Positions 17,944 to 30,520 of a DNA stretch of 64,000 nucleotides are shown piece by piece; the stretch's first letter is position 1, and the number at the start of each line of letters is the position of its first letter. Below the pieces are notes generated by a model. It saw nothing but the letters and a program-made list of their open reading frames with translations, had not been told where the DNA came from and searched no databases. Origin of the DNA: an uncultured Verrucomicrobiota bacterium (lineage in GTDB: Bacteria > Verrucomicrobiota > Kiritimatiellia > CAIVKH01); the NCBI GenBank assembly GCA_937872895.1, contig CALMUP010000003.1, forward strand, positions 72,170 to 136,169, in the 5' to 3' direction. The position numbers and the translations under genes are program-made.

Positions 17944-18562
17944 ATGCGCTCCGCGAGGCGCACCTTCGTCAGCAAAACAACCCACGATGCGCCTCACGGA
18001 GGCGCTACTACACCATGGACACCAACCGCAAACGACCGCCCCGCCTGGTCCATGTGTTTCAATCCATCCGCGATCCACTATACTTTGTCACCATGGTCAC
18101 ATGGCAACGCCAGCCTTTGCTGGCAAATCCGGTCGTCCTCGAAGCCTTTGTTGAACGTACGACCCGGCAGGCGGATATCGGCATCGCGGTCGGTCGATTC
18201 GTCATCATGCCCGATCACATTCATCTCTTTGTCGGGATCTCTCCCGGCCAGACTCTGGGCGAGACGGTAAAACACATCAAGCAAAGCATCACCAAGGCGC
18301 TCCGATATACGAAGCCTGATCTCCGTGTCTGGCAGCCCGGATTCTTTGACCACCTTCTCCGTAATGGCGAATCCTATCGTGCTAAATGGTCGTATGTTCA
18401 GGACAACCCCGTACGCGCACGCGTGTGCACCGATGCGAATGAATGGCCCTATCAGGGGGAGATCGTTCGCATCGAACGCACCTGAGGCGTAGTAGCGCCT
18501 CCGCGAGGCGCAGACCAGGACAGGATGGCGGTGCACGCGCCTCACAGAGGCGCTGCTACACC
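17943..18562. mobile_element. REP-RAYT unit: IS200/IS605-like Y1 transposase gene flanked by inverted GTAG-type REP hairpins
   Basis: Four copies of the hairpin GCGCCTC-NNN-GAGGCGC. Outer copies carry GTAGTAG / CTACTAC heads in inverted orientation (17986..18011 and 18489..18513), with extra copies at 17943..17962 and 18536..18561. Confidence 0.75.
18015..18485 (+). CDS. REP-associated tyrosine transposase (RAYT, IS200-like TnpA)
   Basis: HuH motif (DHIHLFV) and conserved Tyr region (WQPGFFDHLLRN...Y). Approx 156 aa, typical RAYT size. In-frame C-terminal part of the long shadow ORF 15633..18485. Confidence 0.8.
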   Translation: MDTNRKRPPRLVHVFQSIRDPLYFVTMVTWQRQPLLANPVVLEAFVERTTRQADIGIAVGRFVIMPDHIHLFVGISPGQTLGETVKHIKQSITKALRYTKPDLRVWQPGFFDHLLRNGESYRAKWSYVQDNPVRARVCTDANEWPYQGEIVRIERT

Positions 18563-18563
18563 C

Positions 18564-19082
18564 TCACTCACGCCCCTTCTCGACGCTTTTCTCGAGGGCG
18601 CGGGCGATGGCGAGGCCCACCTTCGGGGTGACCGTGCGCTCCATCGAGGCGAACAGGTTGGCGACCGGCATGATCGCCCCGTACCACTTCTCGAACCAGG
18701 CGCGGCCGAGCGCGTCGGTGGCCTTCGCCTCCCGCACCGCGACCGTGCCCTCGAGGTAGATCCGGCCGGCCATGCCGAAGGTCAGCAACCGCAACGCCAT
18801 GTTGCCCTCGTCGTACCGGGTGATCACCACCTCGATCCGGTAGGCCGATGGATCATCCGTGCGCCCCTTCAACACCCGCGAGACATAATGCTGCACATCC
18901 TGCCGCAGGAACGCCAACTGGTCGGTCGGCACCGGGCAGGTGGCCCGCACCTCCACCGCCGCCCCCCGCTCCGGGACCAGCGGGGCATGGTACTCCCACA
19001 CCACCGGTTGCGTCGCCCGGCACCCCACCATCAACATAGCGGCCATCCAACCGGCCAAGCCACGAGCAAGGTTGTATTTCAT
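18564..19082 (-). CDS. Hypothetical lipoprotein
   Basis: Signal peptide plus lipobox LMVGC. No recognisable catalytic motif. Its 3' end abuts the REP hairpins. Confidence 0.5.
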   Translation of the reverse strand: MKYNLARGLAGWMAAMLMVGCRATQPVVWEYHAPLVPERGAAVEVRATCPVPTDQLAFLRQDVQHYVSRVLKGRTDDPSAYRIEVVITRYDEGNMALRLLTFGMAGRIYLEGTVAVREAKATDALGRAWFEKWYGAIMPVANLFASMERTVTPKVGLAIARALEKSVEKGRE

Positions 19083-19140
19083 GGCAGGCATGATAGGAGG
19101 GGGAAGCGGCGTTGGCGAACCCGATCGAGCCACAATTTCC

Positions 19141-19175
19141 GCTTTATCTGTTAAACCGGATAAAGTAATATATAC
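19141..19175. promoter_or_regulatory. AT-rich perfect inverted repeat CTTTATC-N9-GATAAAG in the divergent metH / lipoprotein promoter region
   Basis: Seen directly at 19143..19165. Local AT-richness (TAATATATAC) is anomalous for this genome. Located 40-65 nt upstream of the metH ATG. Confidence 0.35.
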
Positions 19176-19207
19176 GCCCTATCAAGTAAATACGAAGGCG
19201 GAACGGT

Positions 19208-22888
<3,681 letters not shown>

Positions 22889-22919
22889 TCCCATTCGCGA
22901 TCTGCGGCTCACCGCCGCG

Positions 22920-23480
22920 TCACACCACCCACACGCCGTACCCCAGCGCCACCGCCATGCCCAGTGCCGACAGCGTCTTGACCAGCATCACCGCGAGCCT
23001 TGCCCACACCGCTCCGGTGGCGATGTGCGCAGCCCGCGACCCGTAATCGCCCGCCGCACCGCCCGCCTCGCGCACCAACCGCCGCCGTTCCACCCAGAAC
23101 GCCGCCGAAAAACTGCCCGCACACATCCCGATCACACTGCCCAGCAGCGGCACCGGAATGAGCCCACCCGCGAACATGCCGAGGAACCCGCCGCCCAACG
23201 CCGCCCACCCCGCAGCACGTGAACCGCCGCGCCGGGTGATCCCCAGGCTCCCGGCCACCGCGTCGAACACTTCCACCGCCACACACAACCCGAGCAACAC
23301 GCCCGTGAACACCCACCCCGGCTCACCATCCGCCCGCACCACCGTCAGCAACGCCGCCGCCCCCGCCACCAGCCACGACCCCGTGAACGACAAAAGCGAC
23401 ACGAACACCCCGGCCATGCACAACATAAAAGCCGCGCCGTGGAATCCCCACGACGCGGCTTGCTGGAAAAACTCCGCCAC
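22920..23480 (-). CDS. DUF456-like small membrane protein
   Basis: Four predicted TM helices, Gly/Ala-rich. No catalytic motif. Confidence 0.45.
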   Translation of the reverse strand: MAEFFQQAASWGFHGAAFMLCMAGVFVSLLSFTGSWLVAGAAALLTVVRADGEPGWVFTGVLLGLCVAVEVFDAVAGSLGITRRGGSRAAGWAALGGGFLGMFAGGLIPVPLLGSVIGMCAGSFSAAFWVERRRLVREAGGAAGDYGSRAAHIATGAVWARLAVMLVKTLSALGMAVALGYGVWVV

Positions 23481-23502
23481 GCTGCTACATCCCGAAACGC
23501 AC

Positions 23503-24429
23503 CTACTCGACGGTCTGGATGATGAAGCCCGGCTCGATGCCCTGGTAGATGTTCACCCGCGAGTTGTCGAGGACCTCCTTCATCTCGTCCGCCGTCAACT
23601 CGGTGCGCAGCATCGGCACCTCGATCCGCGTGTCCTTCTCGAGCAATACCCGCTTCGACACATCGCGGAACCCCGCCTTGCCGATGGTGATCGTGTGGTC
23701 GCCCTGGTACACCTCAAAGTCGGTCAGCGGCGTGCTGCCGATCAGCAGGCCGTCGATCTCCACCAGCGCCGGATCGGACGAGGTCATGATCGACACCTTC
23801 ACCTTCGGCTTGTTCTTGAACTCGTCCTGCTTGCGGGCCAGCGCTTCCTTGATCGCCGGGATCGTCTCCTGCAACGCCCCCTCCATCAGCATCAGCACAT
23901 CGTCCTCGCCAAGCGAGGTCTGCACATTGTCGGTCTGCCGGAACCGCCGCGACGCAACTCCGTCGGCCGCCGCCAGCACCGAACCGTCGCGCGTGTCGAG
24001 CGCCTCGATCCCCACCCGCACGCTGAAATCATCGAGGTACGCGGTGTAGCCGCCCTGGTGCACCGCGGAACGGCTCGACGACAGCGACATCAGGTTGCCG
24101 CGCAACACCACATCGGCGTTGAGCTGCTGCGCCGCGCGCAGGAACGACGGCTGCGCCTCGGTTTCCTTCTGGAACTTCTCCATCTGCGCGAAGAAGTCGC
24201 GGCGGTCGATCAACCGGAATCCCGGTTCCTGGGCCAGCCGCTTGTTGAGCAGGAACGCCCCCTTCTCCGCGAGTTGCTGCGGCCCCAGCGCGGTTGCCGG
24301 GACATAGGACGGCAACGGACCGGCCTGGCTGCCGAAGTCCAGCACCGCCACCCGGAACAAGTCTTCCGCCTGCACCCCGCCCGCCGCCAGCATCACCGCC
24401 ACCGCCACCGCCCGTTTCAACATTTTCAT
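23503..24429 (-). CDS. Secreted protein with C-terminal PEGA domain
   Basis: Signal peptide MKMLKRAVAVAVMLAAGGVQA. C-terminal LVEIDGLLIGSTPLTDFEVYQGDHTITIGKAGF matches the PEGA pattern. Confidence 0.55.
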   Translation of the reverse strand: MKMLKRAVAVAVMLAAGGVQAEDLFRVAVLDFGSQAGPLPSYVPATALGPQQLAEKGAFLLNKRLAQEPGFRLIDRRDFFAQMEKFQKETEAQPSFLRAAQQLNADVVLRGNLMSLSSSRSAVHQGGYTAYLDDFSVRVGIEALDTRDGSVLAAADGVASRRFRQTDNVQTSLGEDDVLMLMEGALQETIPAIKEALARKQDEFKNKPKVKVSIMTSSDPALVEIDGLLIGSTPLTDFEVYQGDHTITIGKAGFRDVSKRVLLEKDTRIEVPMLRTELTADEMKEVLDNSRVNIYQGIEPGFIIQTVE

Positions 24430-24472
24430 TCGCAACCTCCGTCGCCTCTGGTTATAAACACGTCTCGTTGGA

Positions 24473-27295
24473 TTGGACGCCGCAACCGCCCCCACTATTC
24501 ACGAGGCGCGTCGCAGCGGGCAACATAATTCACCGGACAACGCGAGACAACACGCCGTGACGACCACCAAACCCGCCTGGATCCCCCTGTTCGAAGCCCC
24601 GCGCGCCACCTACGCATGGATCGTGACCGCCCTCGCCGCGCTGCTGCTTCTCGCCACCGCCGCCCCCGACATCCTGCCCGGCGACGCCGCCACCCTCGTC
24701 GCCCAGCACGCCGGCATTGACGTTTTCGCCCCGCTGTCGCACCACGCCTGGGGCTGGCTCGGCGCGATCGTGGACACCTTGCCCCTCGGCACCCTCGGCT
24801 TCCGCTGGAACCTGCTCAGCGCCCTGTGCGGCGCCGCCTGCTGCGGCCTGCTCGTCCTGCTCGGCGCCCGCCTCCCTGCCCTGAACCCGCGCTGGTCGCT
24901 GATGGTCGGCTCCCCCCGCGCCATGGCCAACCTCGCCGGCCTCGCCGCCGGCCTGCTCCTGCTCGGCAGCCTGCCGTTCCGCATCGCCTCGGCCATCGCC
25001 CTACCCGCCACCTTCGAACTGCTCGCCCTGCTTACCGCCACCTGGCTGCTCGTCCGCTACGCCGAATCGCGCCGCTTCCCCCTCGCCACCGCAAGCTGCG
25101 CCCTGTTTTCACTGACCGCCACGCAAAGCCCCACCGCGTTGATTGCCACCCCGGTATTCCTGCTCGCCCTGCTCCTCGCCGTGTGGCGCGCCCAGCACAT
25201 CCGGCCCGCCCAACTCGCCGCGCTGGCCGCGTCGCTCACCGCCCCCGGCCTGCTCCTGCTCGGCGCCGCCACCGCCTGGTTCGGCGCACAGCCCGGCGCG
25301 ACGTGGATCGGACTCGACACCACCGGCAGCGTTTTCTACCAACTGATCCTCGAGGTCTACATCGAACTCCGCTACGGCACCCCCGGCCTCGCCCTCGTTT
25401 TGGTGAGTATCTACAGCCTGATCCCGTTCCTGATGTGCCTGTTCCTGACCAGCGGCCGCGGCGAAGGCAAGGCCCTGCTGATGCCAATGGTGCTCGCCCT
25501 CGGCGCGCTGCTGTTCCTGAATTTCCGCTTCTCCCTGTTCCCGCTGTTCGGCCTGCGCCCGTTGCTGGTGACCCCTTATGCGCTGGCCGCGCTGTGGTTT
25601 GGCTACCTCGCCGCCTACCTGATCGGAGCGACCCACGCGGCCTCGCAGGTGAACTTCCGCCTGCGCCGCAACCCGCACCTCGTACGCGCCATCGCCACCA
25701 CCGGCCTCGCCGCCCTCGCCCTGTTCATCCTCGTGGCCGGCGGACTCAGCCACCACCGCCTCCAACTCCGCGAAGCCCTCGCCATCACCCGCCACGCCGA
25801 CCAACTCGCCCGCGACCTGCCCGACGATGCCTGGATCGTGCTCCACGGCGACCTCGATCCGCTGATCCGCATCAAGGCCCACGAACACCGCCACACCCCC
25901 TTGTTCATCTCCGCCCACCGCCTGAGCCACCAACCCTACCAGCGCGCGCTGGCCGATGCCCTCGCCTCCCCGCGCCTCGCCTCGCTGATCGACGCCGGCC
26001 TCGTCCCGCTGCTGCGCGAACGCTGGCACCCCGACCAGGCCCCTGCCCCGACCCTCGCCGTACTCGGCGACCCCGGCCTGCTCCGCTTCGTCGTCAACAC
26101 CGCCTGGCCCGACCGCGTTTTCTACGCGAGCGCCGAACCGCCCGACCTCACCCCCGACGCCTACGCCGCCCGCCAACGCGCCTGGTGGCAAGGTTTCGGC
26201 CCGATCGCCGACCATCCCTACGCCGACCTCGAACGCCGCCTCCACACCATGAGCGCCCGCGTCGCCAACGATGCCGGCGTCTGGCTGCAGGACCGCGGCG
26301 CCGACGACCTCGCCCGCGAAGCCTACCGCGAAGCGTTCCGCATCGATCCCGACAACCTCTCCGCCCGCCTGAACCTCCGCGCCCTCACCGCTGATGAGGC
26401 ACCGGACGCCCCCACCCTCGATGCCGAAATCGAAACCCTCTCCGCCCGCCTGCGCGGCCGGGCCACCCTCACCCAGATCATGGACCTCCACGGCACCATC
26501 CGCCACGAAGCCGCCTCCGTGGCCGCCGCCCAACGCTGGAACCGTGCCGACCCCGCCGACACCCTCGACCCGCGCCTCGCCGACCTGTTCGCCCGACCCG
26601 ACGACCCCGCCACCCTCGCCAAAGCCCGGGAAATCACCGCCAACGACCCCGCCGCCCTCCTCAACCTCGCCCGCCTCGCCAACGGCCGCCAACGTCCCGC
26701 CCTTGCCCGCTTGATTCTCAACGCCCTTCCCGACACCGGCCCCCTCGCCCTGCCCCTCCGCGTCGAACGCGCCCAAACCGCGCTGCTCCTCGGCGAACCC
26801 GACACCGCCTACCAACTCCTCGCCGCCCTGCCTGAAAATGACCTCAACGACCCCCGCGCCCTGATCCTGCTCGCCCTGCTCACCGTCGAAACCAAACCCG
26901 CCGACTGCGACCGCTACCTCCAGCAGCTTGAAGCCTTCCCCGCCCGCCTCCCCGACCTCTCCCTCCCCATCGCCCGCATCTACGAAACCCGCGGCAACCT
27001 CCCCGCCGCCATCCACCACCTGACCTATCTCGCTTCCATCCAACCACTTAACACCGACGTTCACCGGGCCCTGATCCGCCTCCACCTCGAACAGAACAAC
27101 CACCCGGCCGCCTACGCCGCCGCCCGCCCCCTGCTCGCCCTCGACCCCCGCGACCCCTGGGCCAACACCGCCCTCGCCCTCCACCTCGCCCAAACCAACC
27201 AACCCGACGCCGCCACCGCCGCCCAAACCATCGCCCTCACCGCCGCCCCAAGCCTCCAACGCTTCTTCGCAAACACCTCGGAACCAAACAATTAA
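24473..27295 (+). CDS. DUF2723-family (PMT/ArnT-like GT-C fold) membrane protein with C-terminal TPR repeats
   Basis: N-terminal ILPGDAATLVAQHAGIDVFAPLSHHAWGWLG...FRWNLLSALCGAA matches the DUF2723 first-loop pattern (GDxxEL..HPPGYP..RxNxxSA). Approx 11 TM helices, then approx 450 aa of TPR-like repeats. Start uncertain (possible GTG at approx 24558). Confidence 0.7.
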   Translation: MDAATAPTIHEARRSGQHNSPDNARQHAVTTTKPAWIPLFEAPRATYAWIVTALAALLLLATAAPDILPGDAATLVAQHAGIDVFAPLSHHAWGWLGAIVDTLPLGTLGFRWNLLSALCGAACCGLLVLLGARLPALNPRWSLMVGSPRAMANLAGLAAGLLLLGSLPFRIASAIALPATFELLALLTATWLLVRYAESRRFPLATASCALFSLTATQSPTALIATPVFLLALLLAVWRAQHIRPAQLAALAASLTAPGLLLLGAATAWFGAQPGATWIGLDTTGSVFYQLILEVYIELRYGTPGLALVLVSIYSLIPFLMCLFLTSGRGEGKALLMPMVLALGALLFLNFRFSLFPLFGLRPLLVTPYALAALWFGYLAAYLIGATHAASQVNFRLRRNPHLVRAIATTGLAALALFILVAGGLSHHRLQLREALAITRHADQLARDLPDDAWIVLHGDLDPLIRIKAHEHRHTPLFISAHRLSHQPYQRALADALASPRLASLIDAGLVPLLRERWHPDQAPAPTLAVLGDPGLLRFVVNTAWPDRVFYASAEPPDLTPDAYAARQRAWWQGFGPIADHPYADLERRLHTMSARVANDAGVWLQDRGADDLAREAYREAFRIDPDNLSARLNLRALTADEAPDAPTLDAEIETLSARLRGRATLTQIMDLHGTIRHEAASVAAAQRWNRADPADTLDPRLADLFARPDDPATLAKAREITANDPAALLNLARLANGRQRPALARLILNALPDTGPLALPLRVERAQTALLLGEPDTAYQLLAALPENDLNDPRALILLALLTVETKPADCDRYLQQLEAFPARLPDLSLPIARIYETRGNLPAAIHHLTYLASIQPLNTDVHRALIRLHLEQNNHPAAYAAARPLLALDPRDPWANTALALHLAQTNQPDAATAAQTIALTAAPSLQRFFANTSEPNN

Positions 27296-27362
27296 ACAAC
27301 CCCCATTCCGGCAACGTTCGCCGCCCCCCTGCACCCTTAGTTACCTTGCACCCCCGCTGAAC

Positions 27363-27427
27363 CCCTGCCTCCTTGAACCCTTGCCTCCCTTGCTTCCCTT
27401 GCTTCCCTTGCCTCCCTTGCTTCCCCC
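27363..27427. repeat. Tandem 9-bp repeat (TTGCYTCCC x5, plus degenerate flanking copies) in the PEP-CTERM gene promoter region
   Basis: Seen directly: cccttgcctcccttgcttcccttgcttcccttgcctcccttgcttcccc. Approx 125 bp upstream of the PEP-CTERM ATG. Confidence 0.8.
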
Positions 27428-27552
27428 CGTAAAAAGGCAAAAAAATCCTTAAAAAAACCAGTTGACCACTGAACGAGATTTGGGAATGTTTATAGCTGTG
27501 TGTAGCTTGGATTAGAAAAGCCCACGTAAGCACTTTAGGAGAGGTAAAAAAC

Positions 27553-28275
27553 ATGAAGTCAACATTGCGTTCCCTGATCGCACTGGCCACGTTGGCCGCG
27601 ATGCCCGCCATGGCCGTGACCTACACGGATTCGGCTGGCGATATTGACCCCGGCATCGCCAATGCTGGCGGCACCCTCGACATCCTGTCGATGGAAGTCG
27701 CAAACACCCTCTCCGACATCACCTTCACCCTGACCGTCAATGGAAATATTAGCTCGGTAGACTGGGGTAAGTTCATGCTCGGAATTTCGTCCGGCAATCC
27801 CGGCACGACGACGGGCAATGGCTGGTCGCGCCCCATTAACATGAACACGCCCAACGGCGGCATGGATTACTGGGTAGGATCCTGGGTCGACGGCGGAAAC
27901 GGAATGGAGCTGTGGGCCTATAATGGTAGCGTGTGGAACCAGACCGCATCCACCGCCAGCAACAACATCCCTGGCTCAATCAGCTTTACTCCGGCAGCGA
28001 ACAGCACGTTGACCTACACACTTTCGTTGGCATCGCTTGGTCTCGGCGTGGGCGACACCATTTACTTCGACGCGTACAGCTCGGGTGGTGGCGGCAGCGA
28101 CAGCGCGGTGGACGCTCTCTCGAACCCGAATGTGTCTATTACCGCTTGGGGCGGTCCTTACACATCCGATGGAGCAAACCTCAGCTCTTACACCGTGGTT
28201 CCCGAGCCGTCCTCGGTCGCCCTGTTCGGCATGGGTGCCCTGCTCCTCGGCCGCCTGATCCGCCGGCGCAAGTAA
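27553..28275 (+). CDS. PEP-CTERM sorting domain-containing secreted protein
   Basis: Signal peptide. C-terminal VPEPSSVALFGMGALLLGRLIRRRK (PEP motif, TM helix, basic tail). Strong RBS AGGAGAGG. Unusually AT-rich upstream region. Ser/Thr/Asn/Gly-rich body. Confidence 0.85.
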   Translation: MKSTLRSLIALATLAAMPAMAVTYTDSAGDIDPGIANAGGTLDILSMEVANTLSDITFTLTVNGNISSVDWGKFMLGISSGNPGTTTGNGWSRPINMNTPNGGMDYWVGSWVDGGNGMELWAYNGSVWNQTASTASNNIPGSISFTPAANSTLTYTLSLASLGLGVGDTIYFDAYSSGGGGSDSAVDALSNPNVSITAWGGPYTSDGANLSSYTVVPEPSSVALFGMGALLLGRLIRRRK

Positions 28276-28294
28276 CCACACCGTTCATTCTCTT

Positions 28295-30205
28295 ATGAAA
28301 CCAAGCGACGCGCCTTCCAAGACGCGTCGCTTTTTTTTTCGCCTGATCCTCCTCGCCGCCCCGCTGCTGCTGCTCGCCGCCGCGGAGCTGGCCCTGCGCG
28401 CCACCGGCCGCGGCGGCTACCCGCCCTTCCTCCGTAGCTCCGGCAAACTCCCGTCCGGCGCAGAGGTCTGCCTCGTTGAACCCGCCGCCTCGAAACCGTA
28501 CTTCTTCGCAAACCCTTCGCGGCCCGGTTACGCCGACCAGACGAACTTCCTGATGCCGAAACCGGCGGATACCCTCCGCATCGTGCTGATCGGCGAGTCC
28601 GCCGCGAAAGGCTATCCCCAGCCGCGCAACCTCGCCATGTCCGCCTTCCTCGAAACCATGCTCGCGGAACGCCTGCCCGGTCGCACCATCGAGGTGATCA
28701 ACCTCGGCACCACCGCCGTCGCCAGCTTCCCGCTGGTCTATGCCACCCGCGATGCACTGGCCTTCGACCCCGACCTGGTGATCTTCTACGTCGGCAACAA
28801 CGAATTCTTCGGCGCCTACGGAACCGAGTCGATCAATGCCGCCGGCGTGTCCTCCCCCACCGGCCTGCGCATGATCCGCGCCCTGCGCGGCCTCGCCCTC
28901 GCGCAAACCCTGTCCGCCTGGCTGTACCGCGAACCGCCGGTGGACCGCTCGCTGATGGAGGAGATGATGGGCCGTGCCGTGGTCCCGCCCGACGCCCCCT
29001 CGCGCGAACGCGCCGCGCGCAACCTGCGCGCGAACCTCGACGCCATGCTCGCCGCCACCCGCGACGCCGGTGTGCCCGCCATCGTCTGCACCACCGCCAG
29101 CAACGAGGGCGGCATGGCCCCGATCGGCGAAAGCGTCGAGGCCCTCGCCGCGTTCCGCCGTGCCGAACAATTCGCCGCGCAGGGCGACCTTTCCGCCGCG
29201 CGCGAAGCCTTTCTCGATGCGCGCGACCTCGACCCGATGCCGTGGCGTCCCACCCGCGCCACCGAAAACGCCATCCGCGACGCCGCCGCCGCGGCCGGTG
29301 CCCCGCTCTGCGACATCGCCACGATCTTCCGCGACGAAAGCCCGCGCGGCGCCACCACCTGGGACCTGCTCGACGACCACGTCCACCTCTCCGTCGCCGG
29401 CCAGATCCGCGCCGCCCGCGCCATGACCGAAACCGCCCTCGCCGCCCTCGATCTCCCGCACCAACCGGTCACCTGGCCCGACTGGACCGACTACGCCCAG
29501 CGCCACGGCACCAACCTCTACGACGCCTACCGTGTCGATCACACCCTGCGTACCCTCTTTGGCATTCCCTTCATGGCCCGCGCCAATCCCGACGCCCTAG
29601 CCCGGTTCGAAACCGCGGTCCGCCGCGCCGAAGAACGTTTACCTGCGCCGATCCTCGCCGAAGCCAGACGCTGGCAGACCATGACCCCGCACGCCGGCGG
29701 CATCCGTCCGCTCACCGGCATGGCCGCCCGCGTCCTGCTCGCCAACAACCGCCCCGACCTCGCCCTGCCGCTCTACGAACTCGCGCAACAACAAGTCCCC
29801 GACTACACCTCCTGGTACCTCGAGTACATCTACTTCGCCCTCGCCTGCCGCGAGAAACTCAACGGGGCGCTGAAACCGGAAGACCTCGCGGAGGCCCAAC
29901 ACGGCATCGACCAGGGCCGCTTCCTGCTCGCCCACGGCGAATCCACCACCGGCCTCACCGAGCGCTACGTCGGCCGCCTCCACCAGTTGCGCGGCGAGTG
30001 GAGCGAAGCGATCCCGATGTTGCTCGCCGCACGCAAGAAACTCTACGCCGAAGACAAGGTCGCCGCCGACCAGGCCCTCGTCATGTCGTACCTCAAGACC
30101 GGCGACACCCCCGCCGCCGCCGCCCTCATCGACGACGGCATCCGCCACAGCGGCCGCTTCGCCCCCGCCTACCAGCAGATGAAATCCCTGCTCCCCGCCC
30201 CGTAA
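28295..30205 (+). CDS. Membrane-anchored SGNH-hydrolase-like protein with C-terminal helical-repeat (TPR-like) domain
   Basis: N-terminal TM anchor. SGNH-like blocks VLIGESAAKGYP and IFYVGNNEF. Paralog of the partial gene at 1..772. The C-terminal approx 300 aa is alpha-helical and repeat-like. Confidence 0.6.
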   Translation: MKPSDAPSKTRRFFFRLILLAAPLLLLAAAELALRATGRGGYPPFLRSSGKLPSGAEVCLVEPAASKPYFFANPSRPGYADQTNFLMPKPADTLRIVLIGESAAKGYPQPRNLAMSAFLETMLAERLPGRTIEVINLGTTAVASFPLVYATRDALAFDPDLVIFYVGNNEFFGAYGTESINAAGVSSPTGLRMIRALRGLALAQTLSAWLYREPPVDRSLMEEMMGRAVVPPDAPSRERAARNLRANLDAMLAATRDAGVPAIVCTTASNEGGMAPIGESVEALAAFRRAEQFAAQGDLSAAREAFLDARDLDPMPWRPTRATENAIRDAAAAAGAPLCDIATIFRDESPRGATTWDLLDDHVHLSVAGQIRAARAMTETALAALDLPHQPVTWPDWTDYAQRHGTNLYDAYRVDHTLRTLFGIPFMARANPDALARFETAVRRAEERLPAPILAEARRWQTMTPHAGGIRPLTGMAARVLLANNRPDLALPLYELAQQQVPDYTSWYLEYIYFALACREKLNGALKPEDLAEAQHGIDQGRFLLAHGESTTGLTERYVGRLHQLRGEWSEAIPMLLAARKKLYAEDKVAADQALVMSYLKTGDTPAAAALIDDGIRHSGRFAPAYQQMKSLLPAP

Positions 30206-30520
30206 CGCACCACACCCCGCCTCCACCACCCGTACTCGTACACCCGAATCGACTGCGCGCGCCCCATCAACAATCCATCGGTATCGCTATCGCTTTCGCC
30301 ATCGATTCTCCTCAGGTTACCAGGGTCGATTTCGATACCAATACCGACTGCGATGGAAACTCGGGCAAGCCGCTCCACCTCACCAGGTGGAACGCGTTGG
30401 GTACCCGCCCCGCCTCCGCCACCAGCGCCATCCCTTCCCATCGACCCCCCCCCTCAAAAATCCGCTACGTCCCCGCCGGTCCGTATAGACCGGGCAGCCG
30501 GTTTGTCGTAGGGTATTTCC

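Noticed and set aside
15633-18014. N-terminal 800 aa of the 950-aa ORF 15633..18485
   Set aside because: Only the last 156 aa (18015..18485) form a coherent HuH transposase. The upstream part runs antisense or out of phase across NUDIX, mogA and the ClpX-like gene.
19083-19207. B12 or SAM riboswitch upstream of metH
   Set aside because: The leader is only approx 125 nt and lacks the conserved B12-box or SAM-I/II core sequences. Only an AT-rich palindrome is present, reported separately as a candidate operator.
27363-27427. Possible CRISPR array
   Set aside because: Repeat unit is only 9 bp with no spacers. It is a simple tandem repeat, not a CRISPR.
27553-28275. Six N-x-S/T sequons in the PEP-CTERM protein as evidence of N-glycosylation
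   Set aside because: The protein is approx 9% Asn and approx 25% Ser/Thr, so about 5-6 sequons are expected by chance. This is not evidence on its own.
30206-30520. Possible tRNA or small RNA in the 315-bp gap before the atp operon
   Set aside because: No cloverleaf-compatible segment or GTTCGA-like T-loop seen. Treated as the atp promoter/leader region.
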